This document shows, one piece after another, positions 18,408 through 27,432 of a stretch of 64,000 nucleotides of DNA. The DNA is taken from the NCBI GenBank assembly GCA_965205265.1, contig CBDBGH010000003.1:1344001-1408000 (forward strand). The letters run 5' to 3'. Position 1 is the first letter of the stretch; every line of letters begins with the position of its first letter. This DNA comes from Alphaproteobacteria bacterium (GTDB lineage: Bacteria; Pseudomonadota; Alphaproteobacteria; Bin95). Under the pieces are notes generated by a model. That model was not told where the DNA came from. It was given only the letters and a program-made list of their open reading frames with translations, and did no database searches. A program made the position numbers and the translations under genes.

Positions 18408-19164
18408 CCTGCTCGATATCCTGGCGCCGGGCCTTGTCGTCGGACTGCTGGTCGCGGCGGCCCATGCGCCGCTGGGTATCGAAGTCCTCAAACGCGGCAT
18501 CGTGTTCATCGACCTTGCCACCGCCCAGGTCGTCGGGCTCGCCGTCATCCTGCTCGACCTCTGGCTGCACGAACCGTCCTGGACCGTGAAGCAGGGGTCG
18601 GCCTTCGCGGCCGGCATCGCCATCGCGCTGTTCTTCCGCTGGGTCGAGCGCAAGTCGCCGGACGAGCAGGAAGCGGTGATCGGCAGCAGCTTCATCGTCG
18701 CCGCCTCGGCGGCGCTGCTGGCGCTTGCCAACGACCCGCATGGCGGCGAGGCGCTGCGCCATGTGCTTTCCGGCCAGATCCTGTTCGCGTCCTGGCACGA
18801 CATAGCGGCCTTCCTGCCGATCTACGGCCTCTTCGCCGTTCTCTGGCTCGCCGCGCCGCGTCTGCGCGCCGGCGCCGGCTTCTTCGTGTTGTTCGCCCTT
18901 GTCGTCACGGCGTCGATGCAGCTGGTCGGCGTTTATCTGGTGTTCGCAAGCCTCATCCTGCCGGCGCTCGCGGCCCGCGCTGGCAAGGGCTATATCCACT
19001 GGCGCGCCTTCGCCAGCGGCGCTCTGGCCGTCGTCGCGGGCATCGCCGTATCGGCGGCCTCCGACCTGCCCGCAGGCCCGCTCCTGGTCGTCTGCTTCGC
19101 CGTATCGGCAGCCGCAACGCGCCTGCTTTTCCGCAGCCGGCCGATATTGCGCGCTATGCGGTAG
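18397..19164 (+). CDS. metal ABC transporter permease (ZnuB-like), probable non-canonical start
   Basis: HAPLGIEVLKRGIVFIDLA, EQEAVIG, VGVYLVFASLILPA, DLPAGP. The first TM helix lies upstream of the first ATG/GTG/TTG (18502); ATC at 18397 follows GAGGAGG. Confidence 0.8.
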   Translation: MGLDLLDILAPGLVVGLLVAAAHAPLGIEVLKRGIVFIDLATAQVVGLAVILLDLWLHEPSWTVKQGSAFAAGIAIALFFRWVERKSPDEQEAVIGSSFIVAASAALLALANDPHGGEALRHVLSGQILFASWHDIAAFLPIYGLFAVLWLAAPRLRAGAGFFVLFALVVTASMQLVGVYLVFASLILPALAARAGKGYIHWRAFASGALAVVAGIAVSAASDLPAGPLLVVCFAVSAAATRLLFRSRPILRAMR

Positions 19165-20107
19165 TGATGGACTGCAACGCGCGCTGTCTGCGGGCCAGGT
19201 CGCGAACGGTTTCGGCGAAATACCGGAAAGCGGAAAAGTCCCAGGCCGAAACGCGAGAGACCAGGCCGGCGCGAAATCGGGTCCTCCCGAACTCGAGCGG
19301 CAACGGCTTGAGGCGAAGTTCGGGAAGCCTGTCGAGAAAGGTGGTCGGAAGGCGGGACAGGTAGGGCCCCGCGCCCATCAGGGTCAGACCCGCAGGGCCG
19401 GCGCGGACGACTATACGTACATGTTTGCCGGTTCTGGCGAAGATTTCGTCGAGAAGTTCGGCAAGCGGCGAGCGGCCTTCGTCGTCCCGCGTCCTGGCCG
19501 GAGCGTCGCAGTCGATCCACGGCCACTCCACCAAGGCGCTGCAGGTCACCTCTCCGGCGTGAAGGGGATGGTCCGAGCGGGCGACGATGCGCGATGTCAT
19601 GTCCAGAAAGCTGTCGCGCCGAAGGATTGCCGGAAGCTGGCGGTCGACATCGATGCGGCCGCAATGGAGGTCGGTTTCGCCGTTCACGAGCAACCGGATG
19701 CCCTCCAGGAATGTCATGGTGTGCAGCCTCAGCTCGACATCCGGAAAAGCATCGTGAAACCTGGCAACGGCCTCGGGCAATATGGCCTGCATCCAGATCG
19801 GGCCCGCCGTGACCCGCAGGCCGCTCGTACGGCCCGTCAGCGTCGATTTGATCGTTCCCTCGGCGGTCTCCATCTCGCGCAGGATGTAGCGGGCCTGCTC
19901 GGCGACCGTGGCGCCGAATTCGGTAAGGCGGACGCCTGTCGGGAGCCGTTCGAAGAGCTTCCCGCCGAATGAGGCCTCGAGCCGGGCGATGGCGCGCGAC
20001 AGGGCCGGCTGCGTCATCGCCATCCGGTCTGCCGCGCCAAGGACGGTGCCGGTCTCCGCGACGGTGAGGAATTTCCTGAGATCGCTGCGCTTTTCGAACA
20101 TGCGCAC
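19154..20107 (-). CDS. LysR-family transcriptional regulator
   Basis: AADRMAMTQPALSRAIARLEASFGGKLFER HTH followed by a substrate-binding domain. Confidence 0.92.
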   Translation of the reverse strand: MRMFEKRSDLRKFLTVAETGTVLGAADRMAMTQPALSRAIARLEASFGGKLFERLPTGVRLTEFGATVAEQARYILREMETAEGTIKSTLTGRTSGLRVTAGPIWMQAILPEAVARFHDAFPDVELRLHTMTFLEGIRLLVNGETDLHCGRIDVDRQLPAILRRDSFLDMTSRIVARSDHPLHAGEVTCSALVEWPWIDCDAPARTRDDEGRSPLAELLDEIFARTGKHVRIVVRAGPAGLTLMGAGPYLSRLPTTFLDRLPELRLKPLPLEFGRTRFRAGLVSRVSAWDFSAFRYFAETVRDLARRQRALQSITTA

Positions 20108-20556
20108 TTCACTCCTTGGGCAGTCTGCAGGAGGACTTGTGGCAGTTATATAGGCGATAACGCCTGAAAATTAAGGATTCAATTTTCCAATTCGATAAAA
20201 AATCACACAATTTATTATATCGAAGTTAGAGCCATAAGATTAACTTTCGGGCCCTATTAGTTTTTATCGTATCGGTAAAAACGCCAATATAGTATAATAT
20301 CCAGTCGAATTTCGATTTTATGAAATTTCTGCGTGGAGAATCGCCCATCGGCATTCCCGGACAAAATATCGCTTTGCCGGTTCGATGACCTCAATTGCGG
20401 AAATTACGAAATCTTCCGATGAGCATTGCGGTTCGACTGTTGAAAAAGATTCGAGACGGGCGGCCCTGAAAAGGCCGTATTCCGGCCATGCCGCTGCCGC
20501 ACAGGCCGTTTAGCCGGGGTCCATCGCAACCCGTATCCTGAGAGGAGGACCTCGGC

Positions 20557-21624
20557 ATGCATCGTTTCGGTATCCTGTCGGCGGCCATTCTGCTTGCCGC
20601 CGCTGCAATGGGCCCGGCGACGGCGCCCGCATCGGACCGCGACTACCGCCTCACCGGGCCCTATACCCACGACGCCCTCGCGATCTATCTGATCCATCGC
20701 GAGGCGGAAAACCCCGGCCCCGTGCCGCTCACGCTTGCCGAGGCGATGGAGCAGGGCGTCGTGAAGGTTATGGAAACCGGCGATGTCGAGGAGTTGGTCG
20801 TCCGCAATCGAGGTGGCCGCGAGGTCTTCATCCAGGCAGGCGATATCGTCAAGGGCGGCAAGCAGGATCGCGTGCTGACCATCAGCATGGTCGTGCCGCC
20901 GCATTCCGGAGACATTCCCGTCGGCGCCTTCTGCGTGGAGCAGGGCCGATGGGAAGGGCGGGGCTCCGAGAAAGAGCGCGAGTTCTCGGCGTCCACGGCG
21001 CGCCTGCCGTCGAAGTCCGGCAGGGTGGCGCTCTACCGCCGGGCGCAGGAAAGCCTGAGTGCGACCGGCGGCAGACGGGCATGGACAAGGGACCGTTCGT
21101 CGGGCCGGGGCGACCTCCAGGGGCGGATATGGGCGTCGGTCACGGCGACGCAGTCGGGCCTGGGCGGGGCCGTGAGGCAGTCCGTGGCCGACGAGCGGTC
21201 GCGCTCAAGCCTGCAACTGTCTCTGGAGAACGCCGCTCTGGCGTCGGCGCTGGAAGGTTATGAGGAAGCGCTGGGGCGGCTGGCGCAGGACCATCCGGAC
21301 GCGGTCGGCTATGTCTTCGCCATAGGCGGCAGGCTCGACGGCGGCGACGAGTTCGCGAGCACCGGCCTGTTCCGGAAGCTCTGGGCGCGGCAGTTGAAGG
21401 CGGCGGCGACGGAGGCCCTGGCGTCGGAGGACGAAACGGCGCGACCCGGCCCGACTCTGGCCGAGGTCGCAGTCTTCATCGACGCCGCGCGCACCGGCGA
21501 GGGCTCGAGCAGGGCCATGCCCGGACGGATAACCGTCGAAACCCGTGCGTCGGACGAAGCCTTCTACACCGAGATGCGCCGCTCGCAAGGCACCTGGGTC
21601 CACCGCAGCATCATCGCCCGGTAA
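20557..21624 (+). CDS. secreted ARPP-1/DUF6569-like domain protein
   Basis: GAGGAGG SD; signal peptide; LVVRN...VFIQAGDIVKGGKQDRVL...IPVGAFCVEQGRW motif; family assignment from motif recall only. Confidence 0.65.
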   Translation: MHRFGILSAAILLAAAAMGPATAPASDRDYRLTGPYTHDALAIYLIHREAENPGPVPLTLAEAMEQGVVKVMETGDVEELVVRNRGGREVFIQAGDIVKGGKQDRVLTISMVVPPHSGDIPVGAFCVEQGRWEGRGSEKEREFSASTARLPSKSGRVALYRRAQESLSATGGRRAWTRDRSSGRGDLQGRIWASVTATQSGLGGAVRQSVADERSRSSLQLSLENAALASALEGYEEALGRLAQDHPDAVGYVFAIGGRLDGGDEFASTGLFRKLWARQLKAAATEALASEDETARPGPTLAEVAVFIDAARTGEGSSRAMPGRITVETRASDEAFYTEMRRSQGTWVHRSIIAR

Positions 21625-21674
21625 CGCAGGCCGGGCTGCCGACTACGGCGCATAACAGGCGGAATCGCCTGGGG

Positions 21675-22076
21675 TCACCGGATGGACAACCGTTGTTCGA
21701 CCCATCGAACGACCGTTTCGGCGATTTCTGTAGCTTGCGAGTATTCTTCGGTGGTTACCGGGCGCACGACACCGGGGTAACGTGTGGCGGAGGCGTAGAG
21801 AGTCAGTTCGGCAGCAGCGCGTATCTCTTCCGGTACCTCTTCTCCTTCCTCTTCCAAAAGGAACAGCAGACGCCCCAGATCGTGCACGTAGGGGAAGTCG
21901 ATGCGTCGTTCGATCAACAATGCCTTGACCGCCTTCTCCGCGGCCTGTTGAGCGAGAAAGCACAGGTCCTCCAGATAGGCTTCGGGAACCCGATTGCGGG
22001 CCAAGACCAGACTGCTTCTCGCCCGGTTCAGCCATTCGCGGGGATCGTCCGGAGAGAAACGCTCAGGAGGCGTCAT
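21675..22076 (-). CDS. HEPN-domain protein (toxin of MNT-HEPN pair)
   Basis: EWLNRARSSL, CFLAQQAAEKAVKA, PYVHDL, YASATRYP. Confidence 0.88.
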   Translation of the reverse strand: MTPPERFSPDDPREWLNRARSSLVLARNRVPEAYLEDLCFLAQQAAEKAVKALLIERRIDFPYVHDLGRLLFLLEEEGEEVPEEIRAAAELTLYASATRYPGVVRPVTTEEYSQATEIAETVVRWVEQRLSIR

Positions 22077-22392
22077 AGAGCACCTGCCCTTCCAGAAGGG
22101 CGGATTTGAAGACCAGGGCATGACTGTCCCTGAACCGTTCCAGGTCCTTCGGCGCTGCAACGACCGCGTCCACTGCGGCGCCCGCTCCGTACAAACTCCG
22201 GTATATGCGCCCCAGCAGGCCGAGAGTATCGGGATCGTCCTTGACGACCAGAATGTCCAGATCGCTGTCGGCGCCCATATCTCCTCTGGCCGCCGATCCG
22301 AAAAGAATTATCTTTTCAGGGGCGGCGGCTTCGACGATGCGTCTGACAATATCGTCGATAGTTTCCCGACTGGTTGTCTGCTGCGCATTCAT
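22063..22392 (-). CDS. minimal nucleotidyltransferase (MNT) antitoxin
   Basis: PEKIILFGSAARGDMGADSDLDILVV (GS-x10-DxD). Confidence 0.9.
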   Translation of the reverse strand: MNAQQTTSRETIDDIVRRIVEAAAPEKIILFGSAARGDMGADSDLDILVVKDDPDTLGLLGRIYRSLYGAGAAVDAVVAAPKDLERFRDSHALVFKSALLEGQVLYDAS

Positions 22393-22432
22393 GGCAATCC
22401 AAGGGTCCCGGTTCGTGTCCGACGCCGCTTGG

Positions 22433-22957
22433 CTATCCGCTGCGGATGGCGGCGAGGATGGGCTGGATGGCGCGCTCGGCGATGTCCGTCAGCTCTTCCG
22501 GCGTGCGGTTCTGGATCGGGTGGTCCACGAACACCACGGCCGGGCGCACGCCCATGGCGTCCGCCTGCACGGCGGCGGCGTCGCGGAACTCCTCGGTCGC
22601 AATGGCGCAGCCGGGCATTCCCAGGCGGTCCAGCTCGATGATGTCATGCAAACTGCACGACGTGCACGAGCCTCAGTCCGCAAGCCCTTCGACAACGATG
22701 TCGCAGCGCTCCACGAGGTCCTGGATGACGCCGCGCGGGGCGGGCTTGGTGTGCGTCGGCTTGGCGAAGCGCATCACCTTCAGGCCCTGGGCGGCCAGCC
22801 GCTCCTCCACCGCGTCGAGGAACTCCACCGAACGCTCCTTGCCGATGGAGAGCAGGCCGATGGTGAGGCCGTCGAGGCTTGCCGGCGGCACGACGGGCTG
22901 CCGGTAGGCCGGCTCCGTCTCCGCCGTCGGGTCCCGCATCGTATAGGGTTCCGTCAT
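22433..22957 (-). CDS. UGSC-family selenoprotein (174 aa, Sec95)
   Basis: ORFs 22673-22957 and 22433-22672 are in frame across a single TGA (22675-22673): EGLAD-U-GSCTSCSLHDIIELDRLGMP. The ATG overlaps the upstream stop. Confidence 0.85.
22643..22661 (-). promoter_or_regulatory. putative bacterial SECIS hairpin
   Basis: GTCGTGCA-GTT-TGCATGAC, starting 11 nt after the TGA. Confidence 0.7.
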
Positions 22958-24402
22958 GGTCCGATCTCCTTCGTTACAGGATCGACTTCTCCGGTCATCC
23001 GCATTCCGGTCCACCCCCCTATGACCGCCGAGAACAGGCCCGCCGGTCCGCCCGCGCGCGCAATCAGGAAGGTGGGTTCGCGGAACTTGTCGATGACTTC
23101 GTGCTCCCGGCCGGGCTCCAGTCCTTCGGCGAGGCCGCCGGCGCCGCGCACGACGTCGCGTCCCGGTCGTTTCAGCGCGGTCCAGAGGGCTTCATGGATT
23201 TCATCGCGGCCCCAGCCCTCGGACTTGTAGATAAGGTAATGCTCCGGCGAGAGCACCAGCAGCGCCCCGCCGAACTCGCAGAGCTTCGGATGGTTCACAT
23301 GCCAGAGATAGTGGGCGAGCGAGGTCGTCAGCTCCTTCGCCGTGCGGCTCTTCTGGTCCACGAAGCCGCTCACCCCCTCGCCGTGGAAGAGGGTGACGGC
23401 GGACCTGCCCGGCGGGATGCCGCGCGCGACCGAGAGCGGCGTCCAGTCCGGGTCGGTTTCGTCCTCCGCGAAGCAGAAGGTGTATTTGCCGGGATTGCCG
23501 AGCGCCGCGCGGTCGATCTCGCCCGGCCGCCCGCCGCCGACATTGCGGACGATGAGCTGGAAGGCCCGGCCGATGGTGGCGTTGGCGCGGTTGCCCTGGC
23601 CGAGCGCGTTCAGGCCCCAGTTCATGCCGATGCGGCGCACGACGGGGCCGTTCACGACGATCACGGGCCCCGCGAAATGCGTCGTACAGAGCAGGCCGTG
23701 CATGGAGAACGCCGGGTCCAGTGCCGCTTCGACCGCTGCCAGCACGGTCGGGAAATATTCGGGCCGGCAGCCGGCCATGACGGCGTTGATGGCCGCCTTC
23801 TCCACCGTGCAGGGGATGAGGTTGGGCGGGATCGCCCCGATAACCTCGCCGGCCGCGCGCGTGGTGCCGGCCAGCATCCGCGCCACGCGCAGGTCGGTCG
23901 GCGGCACGATCGGCAGCCCGTCGGTCCAGCCCCGGTCGAAGGCCGCTTCCATCGGGTCGTCATGGTCCTCGACGGTGATCCGCCGCGCCTTGAGCGGGAT
24001 ATCGCCGAAGCGCACCGCCAGCCTCTCCGGCATCCCGAACTCGACCGACAGCGACCCGCATCCGGGCCGGTTCTCGGGCAGGTCCTCGCCGAGACCGTCG
24101 TTGCCGGTAAGGGCCCGCCATTCGGCCTTGTTCCATCCGATCGCGCGCGCGGCTTCCCTGCCGCCGCTGAAGCGGATCAAGGTCGGCACGGTCTCGATGT
24201 CAAGCCGGTATGAAAGCTCGAGATCGCCGTCGTGACGGGGCGCGGCGCCCTCGGGAAAGAAGGGATCGTCCTGCGTAACCGCAACGGCCCCTTTTGCCGC
24301 CAGTTCCGCGAGGACCGGCGCAACCAGGACGCAGGTCGGACAGTCCCGCTTGACCACCGCCAGCAGGCCGTCGGAAGGAAGGGCATCGCGCCAACCGGTC
24401 AC
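22954..24402 (-). CDS. thioredoxin-like (CPTC) domain + 'WTDGLP' domain fusion, paralogue 3
   Basis: VVKRDCPTC, LDIETVPTLIRF (cis-Pro loop), PGCGS linker, then GWTDGLPIVPPT, AINAVMAGCRPEYFP, ANATIGRA. Confidence 0.85.
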   Translation of the reverse strand: MTGWRDALPSDGLLAVVKRDCPTCVLVAPVLAELAAKGAVAVTQDDPFFPEGAAPRHDGDLELSYRLDIETVPTLIRFSGGREAARAIGWNKAEWRALTGNDGLGEDLPENRPGCGSLSVEFGMPERLAVRFGDIPLKARRITVEDHDDPMEAAFDRGWTDGLPIVPPTDLRVARMLAGTTRAAGEVIGAIPPNLIPCTVEKAAINAVMAGCRPEYFPTVLAAVEAALDPAFSMHGLLCTTHFAGPVIVVNGPVVRRIGMNWGLNALGQGNRANATIGRAFQLIVRNVGGGRPGEIDRAALGNPGKYTFCFAEDETDPDWTPLSVARGIPPGRSAVTLFHGEGVSGFVDQKSRTAKELTTSLAHYLWHVNHPKLCEFGGALLVLSPEHYLIYKSEGWGRDEIHEALWTALKRPGRDVVRGAGGLAEGLEPGREHEVIDKFREPTFLIARAGGPAGLFSAVIGGWTGMRMTGEVDPVTKEIGP

Positions 24403-24415
24403 TTGTCAGCCTCCG

Positions 24416-26044
24416 TTACTCAGCCGCTGAAGCACTTTGCACGGAAACCGTATCCGCTTCCATGGCCTCCGCCATGCGGCGGAGTTCTGCTTTCTGGATC
24501 TTGGTGCCGTTGGCGCTGTGGGTGACGGGGAAGGCGTCTATGGCGGCGGCCCGGACGGGCACCTTGTAGTTGGCCATGGTCTCGCGGCACCAGGCGAGGA
24601 GCGCCGTTTCGTCAAAGCGGCCTTCCGCCGGGCGCACGAAGGCGAAGGCGCGAGGCCCTCGCGGCGTGGCCACGCCGACGACCTGGCACCCGGCGACCGT
24701 GGGATGCGTCTCGATATGCGCCTCGATCTCGCTCGGGCTGGTGAGGAACCCGGCGAGGCGGAGCGTGTCGCCCATGCGCGCCTCATAGACGAAGCTGCCG
24801 TCGGCGCGCATGCGGCCGGCGTCTCCGGTGCGCAGGAACCCGTCCTCCGTCATCGCCGCGGCGGTGGCTTCCGGGTTGCCCTCATAGCGGAGGAAGAGGC
24901 TCGGGCAACGCATTTCGACCTCGCCCGAGACGCCGGGCGGACAGAGCGCGCCGGTCTCGACATCGCGCACCCGCACCGCGGCTTCCGGAGCCACGGGATA
25001 GCCGCCGCCTGCCAGCCGGTCCTCCAGCGGCGCGTCGATCTTCTGCACGGCCATCAGCGCGCCGACCTCGCTCATGCCGTAAAGCCCGATCAGCGGCACG
25101 CCGCGCGCCAGCGTCCGCGCCGCGAAATCCTCCAGCGTCGGATTGAACAGCGCATAGCCGCAGAGGCGCAGGCTCGGGAAGGGTTCCGGCTCTTCGCGCA
25201 GGGCCAGCATGCCCGCATACATATCGTCCGTGCCCATGAAATGCGTGACCTTGTGCCGGCGCACCGCTTCGGCGGCCTCGCCCGGCGTGAACAGCGGGGC
25301 CAGGACGTTGGGCGCGCCGGCGGCAACCGTCGCCATCATGGTCGAGAAGCCGAACACGCCGCAAAGCGGCGTCGCCTGGTAGCTGACCGCGCCCGGCCGG
25401 TCCCAGCCGAAGGCGGCGACGCAGTCGCGGGCATGGCGCGTCACCGGCTCCTGTCCGTGCAGCACGAATTTGGGCTTCGAGGTGGTGCCGGAGGTTGTGA
25501 AGATGTTGCAGGGGTCGTCCGGCGCCGCGCGGTCCTCGGCCAGCGGCGGAGCCCCGAACAGCGCCCGCACCGCCGTGACCGGCTTGCCGGCCACTCGCTC
25601 TGGCACCGGCGCTTCGCCCTCGTCATGGACCAGCACCCGCTCGAGACCGGCGAGCGCGTCGTCCCCGATCTCGACCAGCATCCCGGCGAAGTCGATGTCC
25701 TTGAAACCCGGCCACATGACAAGCGCCCGCGCCCCGGACCGCGAAAGGATGTCCGCGACTTCGAGCGCCCGGAAGCGGGTGTTGACCGCGACCGTCACCG
25801 CGCCGAGGCGGCCGAGCGCAAAATAGAGCGCGAGCCAGGCCGGTACGTTCGGCAGCCAGAGCGCGACCTTGTCGCCCCGCCCGATACCGAGTTCCGCCAG
25901 CGCCGCCGCCGCCCGGCGCGAGCGGTCCAGCAGGTCGGCATAGCTCCAGGTCTCTTCGCCGCAGATGAGCGCCGGCGCGTCCCCCGTTTCTTCTTCCGCG
26001 ACGCGCTCCAGCAGGGCGGAGAGGGTCTCGCGCATGTCCCTCAC
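24416..26044 (-). CDS. AMP-binding acyl-CoA synthetase
   Basis: FTTSGTTSKPK, YGMSE, FLRTGDAG, NYKVP, GTKIQK. Confidence 0.9.
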   Translation of the reverse strand: MRDMRETLSALLERVAEEETGDAPALICGEETWSYADLLDRSRRAAAALAELGIGRGDKVALWLPNVPAWLALYFALGRLGAVTVAVNTRFRALEVADILSRSGARALVMWPGFKDIDFAGMLVEIGDDALAGLERVLVHDEGEAPVPERVAGKPVTAVRALFGAPPLAEDRAAPDDPCNIFTTSGTTSKPKFVLHGQEPVTRHARDCVAAFGWDRPGAVSYQATPLCGVFGFSTMMATVAAGAPNVLAPLFTPGEAAEAVRRHKVTHFMGTDDMYAGMLALREEPEPFPSLRLCGYALFNPTLEDFAARTLARGVPLIGLYGMSEVGALMAVQKIDAPLEDRLAGGGYPVAPEAAVRVRDVETGALCPPGVSGEVEMRCPSLFLRYEGNPEATAAAMTEDGFLRTGDAGRMRADGSFVYEARMGDTLRLAGFLTSPSEIEAHIETHPTVAGCQVVGVATPRGPRAFAFVRPAEGRFDETALLAWCRETMANYKVPVRAAAIDAFPVTHSANGTKIQKAELRRMAEAMEADTVSVQSASAAE

Positions 26045-27069
26045 GCCCGCACGAAACGCAAGACGCCGTCTGGCCCCTGCTCGCGCTCGGCGCGCCCCGC
26101 CTGCCAGAGATTGTGGAGATGGGCGATGGATTCGCCGATGGCGAAGGACTGCTGGTGCAGGTCCAGCGGACGGTGGAAGAAGACCGGCAGCAGGTCTATG
26201 GCGTGCCTCGGTTCCGCCAGGGCTTCGCAGCCGTCGTCGAGGCGGGCCCGGTGGTGGTCGCGCAACTGCGCGAGGCGCTCATGCAGGCCGTAGAACGGCC
26301 GGTCGTGGCTGCAAAGCGTGAAGGTGCCGTCCGGCAGGTGGGCGAAGGCGTGGGTGCTGTCGAGAAACTGCTGCAGCGGGTCGCCGTCCGGCTCCACGAA
26401 ATGCACAGAGACATTGGTCGTGATGCGCGGCAGCACCTGGTCGCCCGAGATCAGCAGTTTCGACTCCGGGCAGGCGAGGCAGACATGCTCGGGCGAATGG
26501 CCGGAGCCGGTGATCGCCTGCCATTCGCGCCCGCCGATGCGGATGGTGTCGCCATGCCGGATGCGGCGATAGACGATGGGCGGCCGAACGACGTTCTGGG
26601 CGTAGAAATTGCCGCGCCCGCGCATGGCGTCCACGGTCGTCGTGGCCATGCCGTTGCGCCGCCAGAAGCGCAGCATCTCTTCCATGTTGCGTTCGCGGGC
26701 GTCGAAGGCGAAATGCGACCAGAGCCATTCCGCGAGGCTCATCCAGAGCTCCGCTTCGGGAAAGCGCGCAAGCAGCCATTGCGCGAGGCCCATATGGTCC
26801 GGGTGGAAATGGGTGACCAGAACGCGGCGGACCGGGCGCCCGGCAAGCAGCGTGCGGATCAGCGTCTCCCAGAGATCGCGCACGCCGTCCTTGTTCAGCC
26901 CGCAATCGACGACGGTCCAGCCGTCCCCGTCTTCCAGCAGGTAGAGGTTGATGTGGTCGAGCACGAAGGGCAGCGGCATCCGCACCCACCAGATTCCCTC
27001 GGCCACCTGCCGCGCCGCGCCCTCGGGCGGCGGCTCGTCATAAGGGTACTCGACGACGACGGCGTTCAC
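26041..27069 (-). CDS. MBL-fold metallo-hydrolase
   Basis: GTG at 27069; WVRMPLPFVLDHINLYLL, THFHPDH, GHSPEH, ISGDQVLPRIT. Confidence 0.9.
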   Translation of the reverse strand: MNAVVVEYPYDEPPPEGAARQVAEGIWWVRMPLPFVLDHINLYLLEDGDGWTVVDCGLNKDGVRDLWETLIRTLLAGRPVRRVLVTHFHPDHMGLAQWLLARFPEAELWMSLAEWLWSHFAFDARERNMEEMLRFWRRNGMATTTVDAMRGRGNFYAQNVVRPPIVYRRIRHGDTIRIGGREWQAITGSGHSPEHVCLACPESKLLISGDQVLPRITTNVSVHFVEPDGDPLQQFLDSTHAFAHLPDGTFTLCSHDRPFYGLHERLAQLRDHHRARLDDGCEALAEPRHAIDLLPVFFHRPLDLHQQSFAIGESIAHLHNLWQAGRAEREQGPDGVLRFVRA

Positions 27070-27323
27070 TTGCCGGTTTCTGCCAGCCGGGCCTCCAGGG
27101 CGGCGACGCGCGCTTCCAGCCGCTCCTGCTCCATGCGCGCGTTCTGCGCCATCTCCTGCACGGCCTCGAAATCCTCGCGCCGCACAAGGTCCATCGAATC
27201 GAGCAATTGCTGCAGCCGGTCGCGGACCATCGACTCCATCTCGTCGCGAACGGCGCCCGCCGCGCCGGCGGCGCCTGAGGCCATGCGGGCCAGATCGTCC
27301 AGGACACGTTTTCCGGTTTGCAT
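27066..27323 (-). CDS. ubiK: UbiK/BMFP accessory factor
   Basis: MQTGKRVLDDLAR...MDLVRREDFEAVQEMA; divergent from lgt as in other alphaproteobacteria. Confidence 0.85.
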   Translation of the reverse strand: MQTGKRVLDDLARMASGAAGAAGAVRDEMESMVRDRLQQLLDSMDLVRREDFEAVQEMAQNARMEQERLEARVAALEARLAETGK

Positions 27324-27432
27324 GGGTTCGACTCCGGGCATAGCTTCTCGACCGCGCCGACAGGATGGGCCATGAAATGATGCTTGTCACGGGAGATCGC
27401 GCCGGCCGGTCGGAGCCGGCGAAACCCCGGCC

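Noticed and set aside
22643-22648. CATGAC at the SECIS 3' ends as part of the REP/CATGAC repeat family
   Set aside because: Explained by His-Asp codons and stem pairing; single copy with no phasing
22673-22675. TGA as a simple nonsense mutation or as genetic-code reassignment
   Set aside because: The same position and context occur in two divergent paralogues with a downstream hairpin; TGA is the ordinary stop of many other genes here
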